Source of the DNA: an uncultured Gemmatimonadaceae bacterium
GTDB taxonomy: Bacteria > Gemmatimonadota > Gemmatimonadetes > Gemmatimonadales > Gemmatimonadaceae
Assembly (NCBI GenBank): GCA_963773545.1
Contig: CAVZBP010000003.1
Location: 862,609-926,608 of the forward strand
DNA: 64,000 nucleotides
Direction: 5' to 3'
The notes under the pieces were generated by a model. It ran no database searches and was not told the DNA's origin. It worked only from the letters and a program-made list of their open reading frames with translations. Shown here piece by piece: positions 15,064 through 26,962 of this stretch (position 1 is its first letter; each line of letters begins with the position of its first letter). Position numbers and translations under genes: made by a program.

Positions 15064-18000
15064 CTAGTGTACTCTCGTCAGGGCGATGCGCGCCGTGGAC
15101 CCGTCGAGATCCACCGTCTGCACCGCGTCGTATGCCTCGTCGCTTGGTCCACCCACCGCGATCGCGATCGCCAGAACCTCGGCGGCGATCGTGTCGCGGT
15201 GTGCGGACGCCGCCTCTTCCACCGGCCCATCGCCGCTCACGTGCAGCCGGATGCGGTCACTAACTTCCAGGCCGGTGTCCTTCCGCAGCCGCTGGACCCG
15301 GCTTACCACCTCGCGCGCCAACCCTTCACGGCGGAGTGGCGGCGTGACCGTGGGGTCGAGCGCGGCCACGTATCCGCCGGCCTCCTGCACCACCAATCCA
15401 CCGCCCGCTCGCCGCACGATGCTCACCTCCGCCGCCTGCAACGTGTGCGATTCTCCCTCCACGGCCACCGCGACCTCCTCCCCCCGCTGCAGTGCCGCCA
15501 CGGCCGCCGCGTCGAGCGCGGCCACCGCTCCGGCGACCAGCGGCGTGCGTCTGCCGAATCGCTTTCCCAGCGCCCGGTAGTTGGGCCTGGCCTCCAGCCG
15601 CACGAGCGCATCGCCATCCGACACGAACTCCACCTGCTTCACATTCAGTTCCGCGGCCAGGAGCGGAACCAGCTCCGCAACGGCCGCAGCCTTGTAATTT
15701 GGCACGACGCATACCAATCGCGAAAGCGGCTGTCGAACCTTCACTCCTGCCTCCTCCCGCGCCGCCCGCGCCAGGGTGGCCAACGTCCGGATCTGCTCCA
15801 TCCCCTCGTCCAGCGCCACGTCCCGGGCCGTGGCGCCCGGCGAGCGCCGGTACGGCGCCAGGTGCACCGACTCCTCCGTGAGCTCGCGATGCATCCAGTC
15901 GGTGACGAACGGGCACATGGGCGCGAGCAGGCGGCACGCCACGGTGAGGACCTCGTGCAACGTGGCAAAGGCGGCGCGATTGTCCGGCCCGGCCACATCA
16001 TAGAAGCGGGACCGGTTGAGACGGACGTACCAGTTGCTGACGTCGTCCACCACGAACTCCATCACGGCGCGGGCCGCCTGCGTGGCGTCGAACGCCGCCA
16101 GCGCGTCGTGCGCTTTCTCCTCCACCGCCGCGAGGCGCGACAGCACCCATCGATCCACCGGCGGCCGCGCGGCCAGCGGCGGGTCGAGCTCCGAGGGCGA
16201 CCAGCCGAAGTTCGCGTAGCGCGCGAACATGCCGGTGTACACGTTGCGCAGCGTCAGCAGCAGCCGTCCCGCGGTCTCACGAATGCCGTCCTCATCGAAC
16301 GCCTTGGGGAGCCACACCTGTGAGGAGACCACGAGATACAGCCGCACGGCATCCGCCCCGTGACGACTCAGCACGGCCCACGGATCCACCACGTTGCCGC
16401 GGCTCTTCGACATCTTGAGCCCGGCCGCGTCGAGGAGCATGTCGTTGACGACCACGTTCCGGTACGGCGACGCGGCCGTATCGCTGTTGTGCGGCAACGC
16501 ATCGCCCAACCCGGTCGCGATCGCGAGGAGCGAGTAGAACCACCCGCGGGTCTGATCCACCCCCTCCGCAATGAAGTCGGCCGGGAAGTGCCGTGCGGTG
16601 AGGTCCTGCCCCTCGAACGGATAGTGCCACTGGGCGAACGACATCGATCCCGAGTCGAACCACGCGTCCACCACCTCGGGGGTGCGCCGCATCGTGCCGG
16701 TACACCGCTCGCACGGCCACGTGTACTCGTCGATGAACGGTTTGTGCGGATCGAATGCCGCCGCGAGCGGCTTCCCCCATCGCTCGGCCAGCCGCGCGTA
16801 GCTGCCCACCGCCTCACGATGCGCGTCGTCCGCGTCGCATACCCAGATGGGGAGCGGGGTGCCCCAGTACCGGTCGCGCGACAGCGCCCAATCGACGTTG
16901 TTCGTCAGCCATTCGCCAAAGCGGCCCGCGCCCGTCTCGGGCGGATGCCAGTGCACGCGTGCGTTCCGCGCGAGCATGCGATCGCGAAACGCCGTGGTGC
17001 GCACGAACCACGACTCGCGCGCGTAGTACAGCAACGGCGTGTCGCAACGCCAGCAAAACGGATAGGCGTGCTCGATCGTCCCGCTCCGGAAGAGCACGCC
17101 GCGCCGCGTCAGCTCGTCGAGGATGAGCGGGTCAGCGTCCTTCACGAAGCGCCCACCCACGATCGGGATCTCCGCATCGAATTCGCCACGCCCATCCACC
17201 GGCCGCAGAAAGGCGAGGTCGTGGCGTTGCCCCGCCGCAAAGTCATCGGCGCCGAAGGCAGGAGACAGGTGGACGATCCCGGTCCCGTCCTCCGCCGAGA
17301 CGAACGTCTCTCCCAGCACCACTTCATGCGCCCCCTCGCCCGGATACGGCACCCAGTCCAGTGGGCGGCGATAGTGTAGTCCGACCAGAGACGTCCCCGG
17401 AAGCCGAAGCACGACCTCGTACCGATCGGTGTAGTCCTCGCCCAGCACGGCAGCGGCGCGCGCGTCGGCCAGGATAAGCGTCGACGCGTCGCCAGCGCGC
17501 AGCCGCACCACCACGTACTCGATGTCGGGATGCACGGCGAGCGCCGTGTTGGAGACCAGCGTCCACGGCGTGGTCGTCCACACCAGCATCCGGGCGCCCG
17601 ACCCGCCGACCTCCGCCGGCACCGGCTCCACCAGCGGCAGCGCCACGATCACGCTGGGATCGCGCGCGTCGCGATAGCCCTGCGCCACCTCGTGACTCGA
17701 CAACGCGGTGCCGCAGCGCGCGCAGTACGGCAAGATCTTGTGTCCGCGGTACAGCAGATCGCGCTCGAACAGCGTGGCCAACGCCCACCAGACGCTCTCC
17801 ACGTAGTCGTTGGCGTACGTCACGTACGGATGGGCGTAGTCGAGCCAGTAGCCAATGCGCTCGCTCAAGCGCTCCCACTCCTCGCGATAGCGCCACACAC
17901 TTTCGCGCGAGAGCGTGTTGAATCGCTCGACGCCCAGCTCCTCGATCTGCGGTTTGCCGCTGATGCCGAGCGCCTTCTCGACCTCGATCTCCACCGGGAG

Positions 18001-18291
18001 GCCGTGCGTGTCCCACCCCGCCTTGCGCGTCACGTGACATCCAGTCATCACGCGGAATCGACAGAAGAGATCCTTGATCGTCCGCGCGGCAACGTGGTGG
18101 ATGCCCGGACGCCCGTTGGCGGTGGGCGGCCCCTCGAAGAACACCCATTCCGGACGGTCGGCGCGCGCGCGCTGCACGCGCGTGAACAGGTCCTCCGCGC
18201 GCCAGCGCTCGAGCAGCTCCTCTTCGATCTCGGCGGCGGAGCGATCCGACGGCAGCTCGCGGAAACGCGTGGACTCGGCGGCGCTCGTCAC
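15064..18291 (-). CDS. ileS: isoleucine--tRNA ligase
   Basis: 1075 aa with HIGH-type [14 protein letters not shown], and an editing domain. Confidence 0.95.
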   Translation of the reverse strand: MTSAAESTRFRELPSDRSAAEIEEELLERWRAEDLFTRVQRARADRPEWVFFEGPPTANGRPGIHHVAARTIKDLFCRFRVMTGCHVTRKAGWDTHGLPVEIEVEKALGISGKPQIEELGVERFNTLSRESVWRYREEWERLSERIGYWLDYAHPYVTYANDYVESVWWALATLFERDLLYRGHKILPYCARCGTALSSHEVAQGYRDARDPSVIVALPLVEPVPAEVGGSGARMLVWTTTPWTLVSNTALAVHPDIEYVVVRLRAGDASTLILADARAAAVLGEDYTDRYEVVLRLPGTSLVGLHYRRPLDWVPYPGEGAHEVVLGETFVSAEDGTGIVHLSPAFGADDFAAGQRHDLAFLRPVDGRGEFDAEIPIVGGRFVKDADPLILDELTRRGVLFRSGTIEHAYPFCWRCDTPLLYYARESWFVRTTAFRDRMLARNARVHWHPPETGAGRFGEWLTNNVDWALSRDRYWGTPLPIWVCDADDAHREAVGSYARLAERWGKPLAAAFDPHKPFIDEYTWPCERCTGTMRRTPEVVDAWFDSGSMSFAQWHYPFEGQDLTARHFPADFIAEGVDQTRGWFYSLLAIATGLGDALPHNSDTAASPYRNVVVNDMLLDAAGLKMSKSRGNVVDPWAVLSRHGADAVRLYLVVSSQVWLPKAFDEDGIRETAGRLLLTLRNVYTGMFARYANFGWSPSELDPPLAARPPVDRWVLSRLAAVEEKAHDALAAFDATQAARAVMEFVVDDVSNWYVRLNRSRFYDVAGPDNRAAFATLHEVLTVACRLLAPMCPFVTDWMHRELTEESVHLAPYRRSPGATARDVALDEGMEQIRTLATLARAAREEAGVKVRQPLSRLVCVVPNYKAAAVAELVPLLAAELNVKQVEFVSDGDALVRLEARPNYRALGKRFGRRTPLVAGAVAALDAAAVAALQRGEEVAVAVEGESHTLQAAEVSIVRRAGGGLVVQEAGGYVAALDPTVTPPLRREGLAREVVSRVQRLRKDTGLEVSDRIRLHVSGDGPVEEAASAHRDTIAAEVLAIAIAVGGPSDEAYDAVQTVDLDGSTARIALTRVH

Positions 18292-19172
18292 AGCCGACCC
18301 AGCACGCCGCGCACGAGCGTGGTCAGATGCGGTTCCGCGCTCGCGGCCGTCGCGATGATCTGCTCGAGCGCGGCCGGCTCGAGCGCATCGGGCAGACAGC
18401 GGTCGGTGATGATGGACAGGCCCAGCACGCGCATGCCCCCATGCACCGCCACGATGACTTCCGGCACGGTGGACATGCCCACCACGTCCGCCCCGATCGC
18501 CCGGAGAAAGCGATACTCGGCGCGCGTTTCCAGGTTGGGGCCCGTGACCGCCACGTACACGCCCTCATGCAACGGCACGCGTTCCTCCAGCGCGACCGCA
18601 CGCGCGAGGGCGCGCAGCGCCGCGTCGTACGGCTCCGACATGTCCGGAAAGCGCGGACCCAGACGATCGTCGTTCGGGCCGATGAGCGGATTGTCACCGA
18701 GCAGGTTGATGTGATCGGCAATGAGCATGAGATCGCCCGGATTCCACAGCGGGTGCATCCCTCCGCACGCGTTGGAGACGACGAGCACGGGCGCACCCAA
18801 CGCGCGCAGCACGCGCACGGGAAAGGTGACCTGTTGGAGCGTGTAGCCTTCGTACCGGTGGAAGCGCCCGCGCATGGCGACCACGCGCTTCCCCGCAAGC
18901 GTGCCGCAGAGCAGCTGGCCGGCGTGCGATTCCACCGTCGAGAGCGGAAAGCCGGGGATGTCCGCGTAATCGATGGGTGCCTGCACATCGATCTCGGCGC
19001 CCAGGGCACCCAACCCGGTGCCGAGGATGATCGCCGCGTCGAGCGTGTGATCCCAGCGCGCGCGAATGGCGCGCGCGGCGACATCAATGCGATCGATCAG
19101 CGCACCCGCCGCATCATCCGAGGTCGGCAGACGAGCGGCGTCCGTGTCCGTGAGAGCAGGCTGCAGGGCCAC
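18288..19172 (-). CDS. purine nucleoside phosphorylase (PunA/PNP-I family)
   Basis: AIILGTGLG...[14 protein letters not shown]...GPRFPDM...[21 protein letters not shown] is collinear with trimeric PNPs. The start is approximate; the first ~115 track residues are R-rich junk. Confidence 0.8.
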   Translation of the reverse strand: MALQPALTDTDAARLPTSDDAAGALIDRIDVAARAIRARWDHTLDAAIILGTGLGALGAEIDVQAPIDYADIPGFPLSTVESHAGQLLCGTLAGKRVVAMRGRFHRYEGYTLQQVTFPVRVLRALGAPVLVVSNACGGMHPLWNPGDLMLIADHINLLGDNPLIGPNDDRLGPRFPDMSEPYDAALRALARAVALEERVPLHEGVYVAVTGPNLETRAEYRFLRAIGADVVGMSTVPEVIVAVHGGMRVLGLSIITDRCLPDALEPAALEQIIATAASAEPHLTTLVRGVLGRL

Positions 19173-19179
19173 CCCCACA

Positions 19180-20001
19180 TCACTCCTTGACCAGCGATTC
19201 CAGCCACGCTGGCGTCTTGACCGGCACGCGTGACGCGCCGCTCCCCGGTTCGGAGGGCGACTGCGATGGCCCCTGCGATGTCGGCCTCGCCTGCGGCGAC
19301 GGCTGCAGCGGCGACGGCTGCAGCGGCGGGGGCGGTGGCGCCGGACGAGGCGTCGGGGCCGGCGAAGACGTGAGCGGAGAGCCGGATGACACCGGAGGCG
19401 CCGCGGGCGCGCTGCCGGGCGCACTGGCCGCTGGCGCGCTGGCGGGCGGGCTGGCAGCGGGCGCGCCGGTAGCAGGTGCGCCCACGGGGGCCGCACTGCC
19501 CGCGGACGACTGCACATCCTCGCGCGAGACGTCGGGGCGCGCTGACGCCAGCGCGTTCACCTCGGCCAAGTGCCGCTCGGCGGCCATGCGGAGTTGGGCG
19601 ACGAAGGCGTGTCGCGCCCGCTCGAGCGAGACGAGTTCCGAGCGCAGACGATCGGCCTCGCGGCGCGCACCGTCGATGATGCGCTCCGCCTCGGCGCGCG
19701 CCTCGCGCAGCACCAGCTGCGACTCGCGCTCCGCCTGCTCGCGCGTTTCCGCGCGCAGCTGCTGCGCCGATACGAGGGCGTCGTTCAGTGCCTTGTCGCG
19801 GTCGCGAAACGCCTTCAGCTGCTCGTGGAAGCCGCGCGCCTTGGCTTCCAGCTCCCGGTTGGCGCGCGTGATCCGATCCAGCTCATCGGCCACCTGCGTT
19901 CGGAATTCCTCCACCCGTCCCCGGTCGTACCCGCGAAGCGCGGAGCCGAAGTCGTAGTGCCGAACATCCAGCGGAGTGAGGTAGAACGCTTCGTCCGTCA
20001 T
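19180..20001 (-). CDS. divIVA: DivIVA domain protein
   Basis: The N-terminus [26 protein letters not shown] has the DivIVA signature, followed by coiled-coil and a Pro/Ala/Ser-rich tail. Confidence 0.8.
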   Translation of the reverse strand: MTDEAFYLTPLDVRHYDFGSALRGYDRGRVEEFRTQVADELDRITRANRELEAKARGFHEQLKAFRDRDKALNDALVSAQQLRAETREQAERESQLVLREARAEAERIIDGARREADRLRSELVSLERARHAFVAQLRMAAERHLAEVNALASARPDVSREDVQSSAGSAAPVGAPATGAPAASPPASAPAASAPGSAPAAPPVSSGSPLTSSPAPTPRPAPPPPPLQPSPLQPSPQARPTSQGPSQSPSEPGSGASRVPVKTPAWLESLVKE

Positions 20002-20681
20002 GATGCTCTCGCTCCAAAGAGAACGGTGCCGAGCCGGATCATCGTGGCTCCCTCCTCCACCGCCACCACATAGTCGCCCGACATGCCCATCGACAGCTCG
20101 GTAGCCGGGTGTCCCCCGGCCCGCAGGCGCCCGCTCGCAGTGCGCGCGCCGGCAAAGATCTCGCGCAGCTCTTTCTCCGAAGCGTCGAGCGGCGCCATGG
20201 TCATCACGCCGCGCACGCGCACGCCCGCCATGGGCGCCAGACGACCGGCGGCAGCGGGGATCTCTTCCAGCGGAAACCCGCCCTTCGTTGCCTCACCGGA
20301 CACGTTTACCTGCACGAGCACATCCACTGGACGGCCGCGGGCCATCCCGTGCGCGTTCACGGCCGCGGCCAGCCGGTCGCTGTCGAGCGCGTGCACGAGC
20401 GCGAATGCGTCGACCAATTTCACCTTGTTGCGCTGCAGGTGCCCAATGAGATGCCACGCGACCGGGACATCTACGTGCGCCATTTTTTCGGTCGCCTCCT
20501 GCACGCGGTTCTCCCCTACGTTCCGCACGCCCGCCTGCCAGGCCGCATGCACGGCGTCCGGGCCATGTGTCTTGGTGACCGCCACTATGGTGACCGTCTG
20601 ACCATAGCCGCCGGCCGCCACCGCGGCGCCAACGCGTCCCTCCACTTCGGCAAGGCGGTCGGGGAGGTCCTCAAATGGCAT
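19998..20681 (-). CDS. yggS: YggS family pyridoxal-phosphate homeostasis protein
   Basis: VTKTHG...GENRVQE...HLIGHLQRNK...SMGMSGDY are YggS/PLPHP motifs. The gene sits immediately upstream of divIVA, as in dcw-distal clusters. Confidence 0.85.
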   Translation of the reverse strand: MPFEDLPDRLAEVEGRVGAAVAAGGYGQTVTIVAVTKTHGPDAVHAAWQAGVRNVGENRVQEATEKMAHVDVPVAWHLIGHLQRNKVKLVDAFALVHALDSDRLAAAVNAHGMARGRPVDVLVQVNVSGEATKGGFPLEEIPAAAGRLAPMAGVRVRGVMTMAPLDASEKELREIFAGARTASGRLRAGGHPATELSMGMSGDYVVAVEEGATMIRLGTVLFGARAS

Positions 20682-20692
20682 AACATGCTAAT

Positions 20693-22720
20693 TTACCGAA
20701 GGTTACAACGCGTGGCAAGCGAATCGGACAGCGCGCCGGATCGGGCGGCGATCAGCAGATCCCGAGGGCATTCGATCACGAATCGCCAGGCCACCGCCGG
20801 GGCGGGGTCGATCCCGAGTACCGGCTCCCGGTCGGCCAGCCGGCCAACGGAGGCCACGTAGCGCCGCAGCGCAAGGGTGTCCAGCGCCACGTCCGTTCCG
20901 CCTTCCGCAACAATGTCGACATCATCGCGCCCATGGGCGGTGCCCACCGCCGGCGCCGGCGTCCACGCTCGGCCCGGGGCCCCCACTGCCACCGGGCCGC
21001 CCACAATCCAATGTGTGCCAGCCGCCTCACGCGCGAACGCCGACACCGTGAGCGCCGCGGCGACGGGGCGCCCCAGGCGGCCCGCCGATGCCGCGATGGC
21101 TGAGATCATGGAATGTTCATCCATCACCTGCCCGCCGACACCGGAGGAGAGGGTGTCGCGTCGCGCAAGTTGACTCCGGTACCACGGCGCGCCCAGCAGG
21201 GGAATGGTGACCACCGACACGTCGGGACGTGTGTGCTCTACCACCTGCGCGTACCAGAGCGGAAACGTGTCATTGTCTCCGGTCACGAAAAGGACGGCAC
21301 GCGGCGGCGTAGCGCCGAGCAATGCGCGCGCGGTGGCGGTGGGGAGAACGCGCTCCGGCCACCGCGTGCGGTTCACCGCGCCCCGATTGAAGAAGATGGG
21401 GAGCGCGGCCAGCAGCGCGCCGAGCGCTGGTGCACGTGGCGCGATCCGGTGCGCGAGCGCGTATGCGCCCATCCCCACCCACAGCCCCCAGCACCAGAAC
21501 GCCGGCGCGAAGAAGTAGTCGCGCTCCCGCGCTTCGTGCGCGACGCTCGCGGGGAGCACGCCATACCCGAACGAGGCACCCGCCTTGAAGTTCAGATACA
21601 CCACGAGGGCTACGGTGGCCGACGCGAAGAGGACCACGAAGGCGAGCCAGCTGCGCCGGTCGGCGCGGCGGTGCCACTGCATTCCATACACGCCGAGGAG
21701 CGCGAACAGCAGCGTGAACGGGGTGCGCCGCCAGTCGGGCGCCACGCCGGGGGCGAGACCCAACGCCACCTGCCAGTCGAAGTACTCCGCGAGGTTTCCG
21801 ATCTGTGCCCACGCCGGAGCCTGTCGCGGCCACATGGTGTGTCCACCATACTGCTGCCGGCTCACCACCTCCCACAGGGCATGTAGCGACGTAGCATCGC
21901 CTGCGTTGACAAACGGGTCGCGCGCCGCGCGCAGCGGGATCACCAGCAGGGCGGTGAGTGCCAGCAGGACGAGCACTGCCGCGGAAGCCGCGCGCATCCA
22001 GTGCATCGGCGGGCGCCAGGCGATCACGATGAGCAGGAGCACGAGGGCGACCACGGCCCCGCCCGCCGATCCTGCCGCCAGCGCGAGCGGCACGAGCGCG
22101 GCCGCGCCGAGCAGCGCTGCGTTGGACCGGGTGACGGGCGCCGCGGATCCAAGCATCACGACCGCGGCGGGCACGACGACCAGCGCGCTCATGTGCAGCG
22201 GCACGGCCAAGGCCAGGAGATACACAGCCAGCAGCGTCCACCTGCGGATGACGCGTGGTTCCCGCGGCGGAGCGCCCGCACGCCAAGTGACGGCGAGGAC
22301 GAGGCTCACCAGAAGCAACGAAACGGCATAGACCTCCGTCTCGGTGGCGTTCAACCAGATGGTGGCCATGCTGCCGGCGGCGATGGCGGCGGCGAACGCC
22401 GCGCCGCGGCTCCCGGTGGCGCGCGCGAGGAGCCACGCGGCCACGCCGCAGGCGACCGCCGTGGCAGCGGCCGACATCGCGTTGAGCGCCACGGCAGGCG
22501 AAAGGACCGGCGCCAGCAACAGCAGCCACGCTCTCGAGAGGAGCACGTACAGCGGCGTGCCCGGCGGATGCGGCACACCAAAGCTCACCGCCGCGGCGAT
22601 GAACTCGCACGCGTCCCAGAAGGTGGGGCCGGGTGCGAGCGTGGAGAGATACACGGCGCCCAGGACCACGGCGGCGGCGAGGGCAGGCACCGCCGCGCCG
22701 CGCGGGCGGCGGAGCCTCAC
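20693..22720 (-). CDS. polytopic membrane protein, DUF2723 / GT-C-like putative glycosyltransferase
   Basis: 675 aa with more than 10 predicted TM helices. The N-terminal motif FWDACEF...GVPHPPGTPLY resembles DUF2723 (PMT-like) proteins. The family assignment is from memory. Confidence 0.6.
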   Translation of the reverse strand: MRLRRPRGAAVPALAAAVVLGAVYLSTLAPGPTFWDACEFIAAAVSFGVPHPPGTPLYVLLSRAWLLLLAPVLSPAVALNAMSAAATAVACGVAAWLLARATGSRGAAFAAAIAAGSMATIWLNATETEVYAVSLLLVSLVLAVTWRAGAPPREPRVIRRWTLLAVYLLALAVPLHMSALVVVPAAVVMLGSAAPVTRSNAALLGAAALVPLALAAGSAGGAVVALVLLLIVIAWRPPMHWMRAASAAVLVLLALTALLVIPLRAARDPFVNAGDATSLHALWEVVSRQQYGGHTMWPRQAPAWAQIGNLAEYFDWQVALGLAPGVAPDWRRTPFTLLFALLGVYGMQWHRRADRRSWLAFVVLFASATVALVVYLNFKAGASFGYGVLPASVAHEARERDYFFAPAFWCWGLWVGMGAYALAHRIAPRAPALGALLAALPIFFNRGAVNRTRWPERVLPTATARALLGATPPRAVLFVTGDNDTFPLWYAQVVEHTRPDVSVVTIPLLGAPWYRSQLARRDTLSSGVGGQVMDEHSMISAIAASAGRLGRPVAAALTVSAFAREAAGTHWIVGGPVAVGAPGRAWTPAPAVGTAHGRDDVDIVAEGGTDVALDTLALRRYVASVGRLADREPVLGIDPAPAVAWRFVIECPRDLLIAARSGALSDSLATRCNLR

Positions 22721-23514
22721 ACGCGCGCCGGAACGGCGCTGTACTCCGCCGTGCGCAGCGGGCGGCCGGCAATCAGGTCGCGCACCTGTCCCGATGTGAG
22801 GCCACGCTCGAGTCGCCCATTCTGCGCTACCGAGACGATCGCGGTCTCCTCGGAGACGACGATCACGAGCGCGTCCGTTTCCTCCGACAGGCCCAGCGCT
22901 GCCCGGTGCCGGGTGCCCAGCGATCGGTCGTTCAACGCCTCCTGCGTGAGCGGCAGTATGCAGCCGGCGCCGATGATCGTATCGCCGCGGATGATCACCG
23001 CCCCGTCGTGCAGCGGTGAATACGGAGTGAAGATCGTGACCAGGAGATCGGTGGACACCTTGGCATTCATGTCCGATCCGGAGGCCACGTAGTCGCCCAG
23101 CCCGATCTCGCGCTCGATGGCAATGATGGAGCCGATGCCCGACCGGCTCAGCCGCTCGATGGCGTCGGCCACTTCTTCGGCCACCTCGCTCACCTCCATG
23201 CGGCGGAAGAGGCGCGCGACCGGCGTCTGGCCCAGATGCGCGAGCGCGGCGCGCAACTCTGGCTGAAACACGATGAGGAGCGCGAACGCTCCGTATTGGA
23301 AGACGTACTGCAACAACGTCGTGAGCATCGTGAAGCGGAGCAGCGACGCCAGCGCGTAGGTGAGCGCGAGCACCACGATGCCGATGAGCATCTGCACGGC
23401 GCGCGTGCCGTGCAGCAGCAGCAACACGCGATAGACCAGGTACGCGACGATCACGATCTCGATCGCGTCGCGGAAACCGAAGTGGATGATACGCAACTGC
23501 TCGAACACGCTCAC
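22717..23514 (-). CDS. cdaA: diadenylate cyclase CdaA (c-di-AMP synthase), membrane-anchored
   Basis: It has TM helices followed by a DAC domain: DGAVIIRGDTIIGAGCILPL, GTRHRAALGLSEETDALVIVVSEETAIVSVA. The start is a GTG that overlaps the folP TGA (GTGA). The first ~240 track residues are junk. Confidence 0.8.
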   Translation of the reverse strand: MSVFEQLRIIHFGFRDAIEIVIVAYLVYRVLLLLHGTRAVQMLIGIVVLALTYALASLLRFTMLTTLLQYVFQYGAFALLIVFQPELRAALAHLGQTPVARLFRRMEVSEVAEEVADAIERLSRSGIGSIIAIEREIGLGDYVASGSDMNAKVSTDLLVTIFTPYSPLHDGAVIIRGDTIIGAGCILPLTQEALNDRSLGTRHRAALGLSEETDALVIVVSEETAIVSVAQNGRLERGLTSGQVRDLIAGRPLRTAEYSAVPARV

Positions 23515-24434
23515 GGGGAGCTCCCAGCCGGAAAGATCATCGCCGCGGCGACCGCCAGGGCGCGCCGCGCCGCGCGCACGTCGTGGACCCGAAAGATGCG
23601 CGCGCCCGCCGCGAGCGCCAACACGTTGGCGGCCGTGGTGCCATCCCCGCGCTCCGTTGGCCGCTCGACGCCGCTCAGTTGCCCGATGAACCGCTTGCGC
23701 GAGACGCCCACCACCACCGGGTACCCGAGCGCCACCACGCGTCGCAGCTCTCGCAGCACGGCCAGCGAGTGCTCGGAGCGCTTGGCAAAGCCGACACCCG
23801 GGTCGACCGCGATTGCCTGCGGCGCCACCCCGGCTGCCTCGGCCGTGCGCACCTGCACCGAGAGCTCCGCGATGACCTCCCCCACAGAATCGGCGCCATA
23901 GCGCGCGTGCGCGTACGTCCCCATGTCGCTCACGGTGCCGCGCGAGTGCATGAGCACCACCCCGGCGCGCGCCCGCGCGCAGGTTGCCGGCATTGCTCGG
24001 TCCAAGCGGAACGCCGAGACGTCGTTGATGATGTCCGCGCCGGCGTCGAGAACCGCCCGCGCGACCTCGCTCTTGACGGTGTCCACGGACAGGAACGCGT
24101 GCGGGTAAGCCGAGCGCAACGAGCGGAGCACCGGTAGCACGCGGCGCAGCTCCTCGGACGCATCGACCGGCTGCGCCCCCTGCGGCCGCGTGGATTCGCC
24201 GCCCACATCTATGATATCCGCCCCGTCGGCGAGCAGGCACCCACCCTGCTCCGCGGCCTCATCCGCCGAACGGAATTGGCCTCCGTCACTGAAGCTGTCC
24301 GGGGTGACGTTCAGGATGCCCATGATCACGGGCCGGTCGAGTGCGATCGCACGCCCACGCACGGCCCAGGATGCACAAGGGGGGACGGGGTCTCCCCCCT
24401 CCCCCCTTGGCTCGCGCTCGCCGACGAGCGCCAT
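23511..24434 (-). CDS. folP: dihydropteroate synthase
   Basis: VIMGILNVTPDSFSDGG, IIDVGGESTRPG-like, and VDTVK are present. The start is M216 of the track ORF, and this ATG overlaps the ftsH TGA. Confidence 0.85.
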   Translation of the reverse strand: MALVGEREPRGEGGDPVPPCASWAVRGRAIALDRPVIMGILNVTPDSFSDGGQFRSADEAAEQGGCLLADGADIIDVGGESTRPQGAQPVDASEELRRVLPVLRSLRSAYPHAFLSVDTVKSEVARAVLDAGADIINDVSAFRLDRAMPATCARARAGVVLMHSRGTVSDMGTYAHARYGADSVGEVIAELSVQVRTAEAAGVAPQAIAVDPGVGFAKRSEHSLAVLRELRRVVALGYPVVVGVSRKRFIGQLSGVERPTERGDGTTAANVLALAAGARIFRVHDVRAARRALAVAAAMIFPAGSSP

Positions 24435-26410
24435 CAGGCCGGCGCGATCTCGGGGCCGCCCAGGAGCGGCGGCTTGGCCGGCTTGCCATGCGGCGTGGGC
24501 GCCGGAGGCGTCGCCGGCGCGGGCGTCGGTGGCTTCCGCGGAGGAAGCGACTCCCCACGCACCAGCACCTGGATGTCGTCGAAGGTGAGCGTCTCGCGAT
24601 CGAGCAGCCCGGCGGCGATCGCGTGCAGGAGGTCGAGATTTTCCTCCAGCGTCTCGCGCGCGCGCTGATACGACAGGTTGAGAACGCGCGTGACCTCGGC
24701 GTCGACGAGCTGCGCCGTCTTTTCCGACACCTCGCGCCGGTGCCCCAGCTCGCGTCCGAGGAAGACCTCCTGCTCGTTCTCGCCCACCAGCACCGGGCCG
24801 ATGGCGTCGGACAGTCCCCATTGCGACACGTAGCGGCGCGCCACGCGCGTGGCCTTCTGGATGTCGCTCGCCGCGCCGGTCGTCACACGGTCGTGGCCAA
24901 AGATGAGCTCCTCCGCCACCCGGCCGCCGTAGGCCATGACGAGCATGGCCTCCAACTGCTGGCGCGTGACGGAGTAGCGGTCTTCGGTGGGCAGCGTGTG
25001 CGCCAACCCGAGCGCGCGGCCGCGCGGCACGATGGTGACCTTGTGCAACGGATCGCATCCCGCCGTCTTGATGGCGCACACGGCATGTCCCGCCTCGTGA
25101 TAGGCCGTGTTGCGCTTCTCTTCCTCCTTCATCACCATCGACTTCCGCTCGGCGCCAAGCATCACCTTGTCCTTGGCTTCCTCGAGGTCCGTGGCGTACA
25201 CCTTGTCGTGCCCGCGACGGGCCGCCAGGAGCGCGGCCTCGTTGACCAGATTGGCGAGATCGGCGCCCGACATACCGGGCGTCCCCCTCGCAATGAGCGT
25301 GATGTCGACGTCATCGGCCACCGGAACGCGCCGCAGGTGGACGCGCATGATCTCCTCGCGCCCACGCAGATCCGGAGCGTCGACGATGACCTGCCGGTCG
25401 AACCGGCCCGGACGCAGTAGCGCGGGATCGAGCACGTCGGGACGGTTGGTGGCCGCGATGAGAATGACACCGTCGTTCCCCTCGAATCCGTCCATCTCCA
25501 CGAGCAGCTGATTCAGCGTCTGTTCACGCTCGTCGTGTCCGCCGCCCAACCCCGCGCCGCGATGGCGCCCCACCGCGTCGATCTCATCGATGAAGATGAT
25601 GCACGGCGCGTGCGACTTGCCTTGCTCGAATAGATCGCGCACGCGACTGGCGCCCACACCCACGAACATCTCGACGAAGTCGGAGCCGGACATGGAGAAG
25701 AACGGGCGCCCCGCCTCGCCGGCGACCGCGCGCGCGAGCAGCGTCTTGCCCGTTCCTGGCGGACCCACCAGGAGCACGCCCTTGGGGAGACGACCCCCCA
25801 ACCGGGTGAAGCGCTGCGGGTCGCGCAGAAACTCGATGATCTCCTGAAGCTCGGCCTTGGCCTCGTCGGCACCGGCCACGTCCGCGAACGTCACCTTGGG
25901 CGTGTCGCCCGTGAGCAGCTTTGCCTTGGACTTGCCAAACGAGAACGCCTTGGCCCCCCCAGCCTGCATCTGCCGCAGGATGAAGACAAAGATCCCCAAC
26001 AGCACGATGTAGGGCAGCAGTTGGACGATGATGATGCCGATCCCATCCTTGGACGTCCCGCCCTTGATGTCGACCTTTGCCGCGCGGAGCCGCTCCAGCT
26101 CGTTGGGATCATCCTTGAAGGGCAGGTCCAGCGTAAAGTGCGTGGACTGCTTGTCCTTCACCTGCACCGGCTGGCGGAAGCGGCCGATGATGTGTTTGCC
26201 GTCCTCGACCGTCACCTCGGCCACGTTGCCGCGCGCCAGCTCCTGGTCGAAGGTGGTGTACGTGACGTCCAGCGGCTTCTCCTGCCCCGCACTGGCATAG
26301 TGCAGGATCATGAGCACGAAGACGCCGAGCAGCACCCAGAAGACCAGCTTCTTCATGATGCCGCCCCAGCTGAAGTCCCGCTTGGGCGGGACGGGGGTTC
26401 GGTCTGCCAT
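24434..26410 (-). CDS. ftsH: ATP-dependent zinc metalloprotease FtsH
   Basis: GPPGTGKT, the SRF region, and HEAGH zinc motif; 658 aa. Confidence 0.95.
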   Translation of the reverse strand: MADRTPVPPKRDFSWGGIMKKLVFWVLLGVFVLMILHYASAGQEKPLDVTYTTFDQELARGNVAEVTVEDGKHIIGRFRQPVQVKDKQSTHFTLDLPFKDDPNELERLRAAKVDIKGGTSKDGIGIIIVQLLPYIVLLGIFVFILRQMQAGGAKAFSFGKSKAKLLTGDTPKVTFADVAGADEAKAELQEIIEFLRDPQRFTRLGGRLPKGVLLVGPPGTGKTLLARAVAGEAGRPFFSMSGSDFVEMFVGVGASRVRDLFEQGKSHAPCIIFIDEIDAVGRHRGAGLGGGHDEREQTLNQLLVEMDGFEGNDGVILIAATNRPDVLDPALLRPGRFDRQVIVDAPDLRGREEIMRVHLRRVPVADDVDITLIARGTPGMSGADLANLVNEAALLAARRGHDKVYATDLEEAKDKVMLGAERKSMVMKEEEKRNTAYHEAGHAVCAIKTAGCDPLHKVTIVPRGRALGLAHTLPTEDRYSVTRQQLEAMLVMAYGGRVAEELIFGHDRVTTGAASDIQKATRVARRYVSQWGLSDAIGPVLVGENEQEVFLGRELGHRREVSEKTAQLVDAEVTRVLNLSYQRARETLEENLDLLHAIAAGLLDRETLTFDDIQVLVRGESLPPRKPPTPAPATPPAPTPHGKPAKPPLLGGPEIAPA

Positions 26411-26962
26411 TTACTGCAAGCTCGCGATATAGGGCAAGTGACGGAAGTTCTCTGCGTGATCCAACCCGTAGCCTACCAGAAATTCATCGGGCGCATCGAA
26501 GCCGAGAAAACGAACCGGGTACGTGAGCTTTGAAGGCCCCGGCTTGCGAAGCAAAGCGCAAATATCGAGCGACTGCGGCTGGCGGGCCGCCATGAGGGTG
26601 GTGATCCGGTCCAGGGTGCGTCCGGAATCGATGATGTCCTCCACCAATAGGATATGCTTTCCGGCGAGATCTGTTCCCGGGTCGTAGACCAGTCGCACCG
26701 TTCCGCTCGACGTCATGCGATCGCCGTAGCTCGCGGCCCCCAGGAAATCTAGCTGCAAGGGCCTCGCGATATGCCTTACCAGATCGGCCAGGAAGATGAA
26801 GCTCCCCTTGAGCAGCCCCAGCACCACCAGCGGCTCGTCCGCGTAGCTGGCGGTGATCTCCGCGCCCAGCTCGCTCACCCGCCGCTCGAGGTCATCGGCC
26901 GACAGAACGATCCGCCCAATCGCGCGCCCGCCAAGCCGGGGATCAATCCAGGCGTTCACACC
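26411..26962 (-). CDS. hpt: hypoxanthine phosphoribosyltransferase
   Basis: HILLVEDIIDSGRTL is the PRPP-binding motif, and the protein is collinear with HPRT. The start is uncertain (non-ATG). It overlaps the tilS 3' end. Confidence 0.8.
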   Translation of the reverse strand, partial: GVNAWIDPRLGGRAIGRIVLSADDLERRVSELGAEITASYADEPLVVLGLLKGSFIFLADLVRHIARPLQLDFLGAASYGDRMTSSGTVRLVYDPGTDLAGKHILLVEDIIDSGRTLDRITTLMAARQPQSLDICALLRKPGPSKLTYPVRFLGFDAPDEFLVGYGLDHAENFRHLPYIASLQ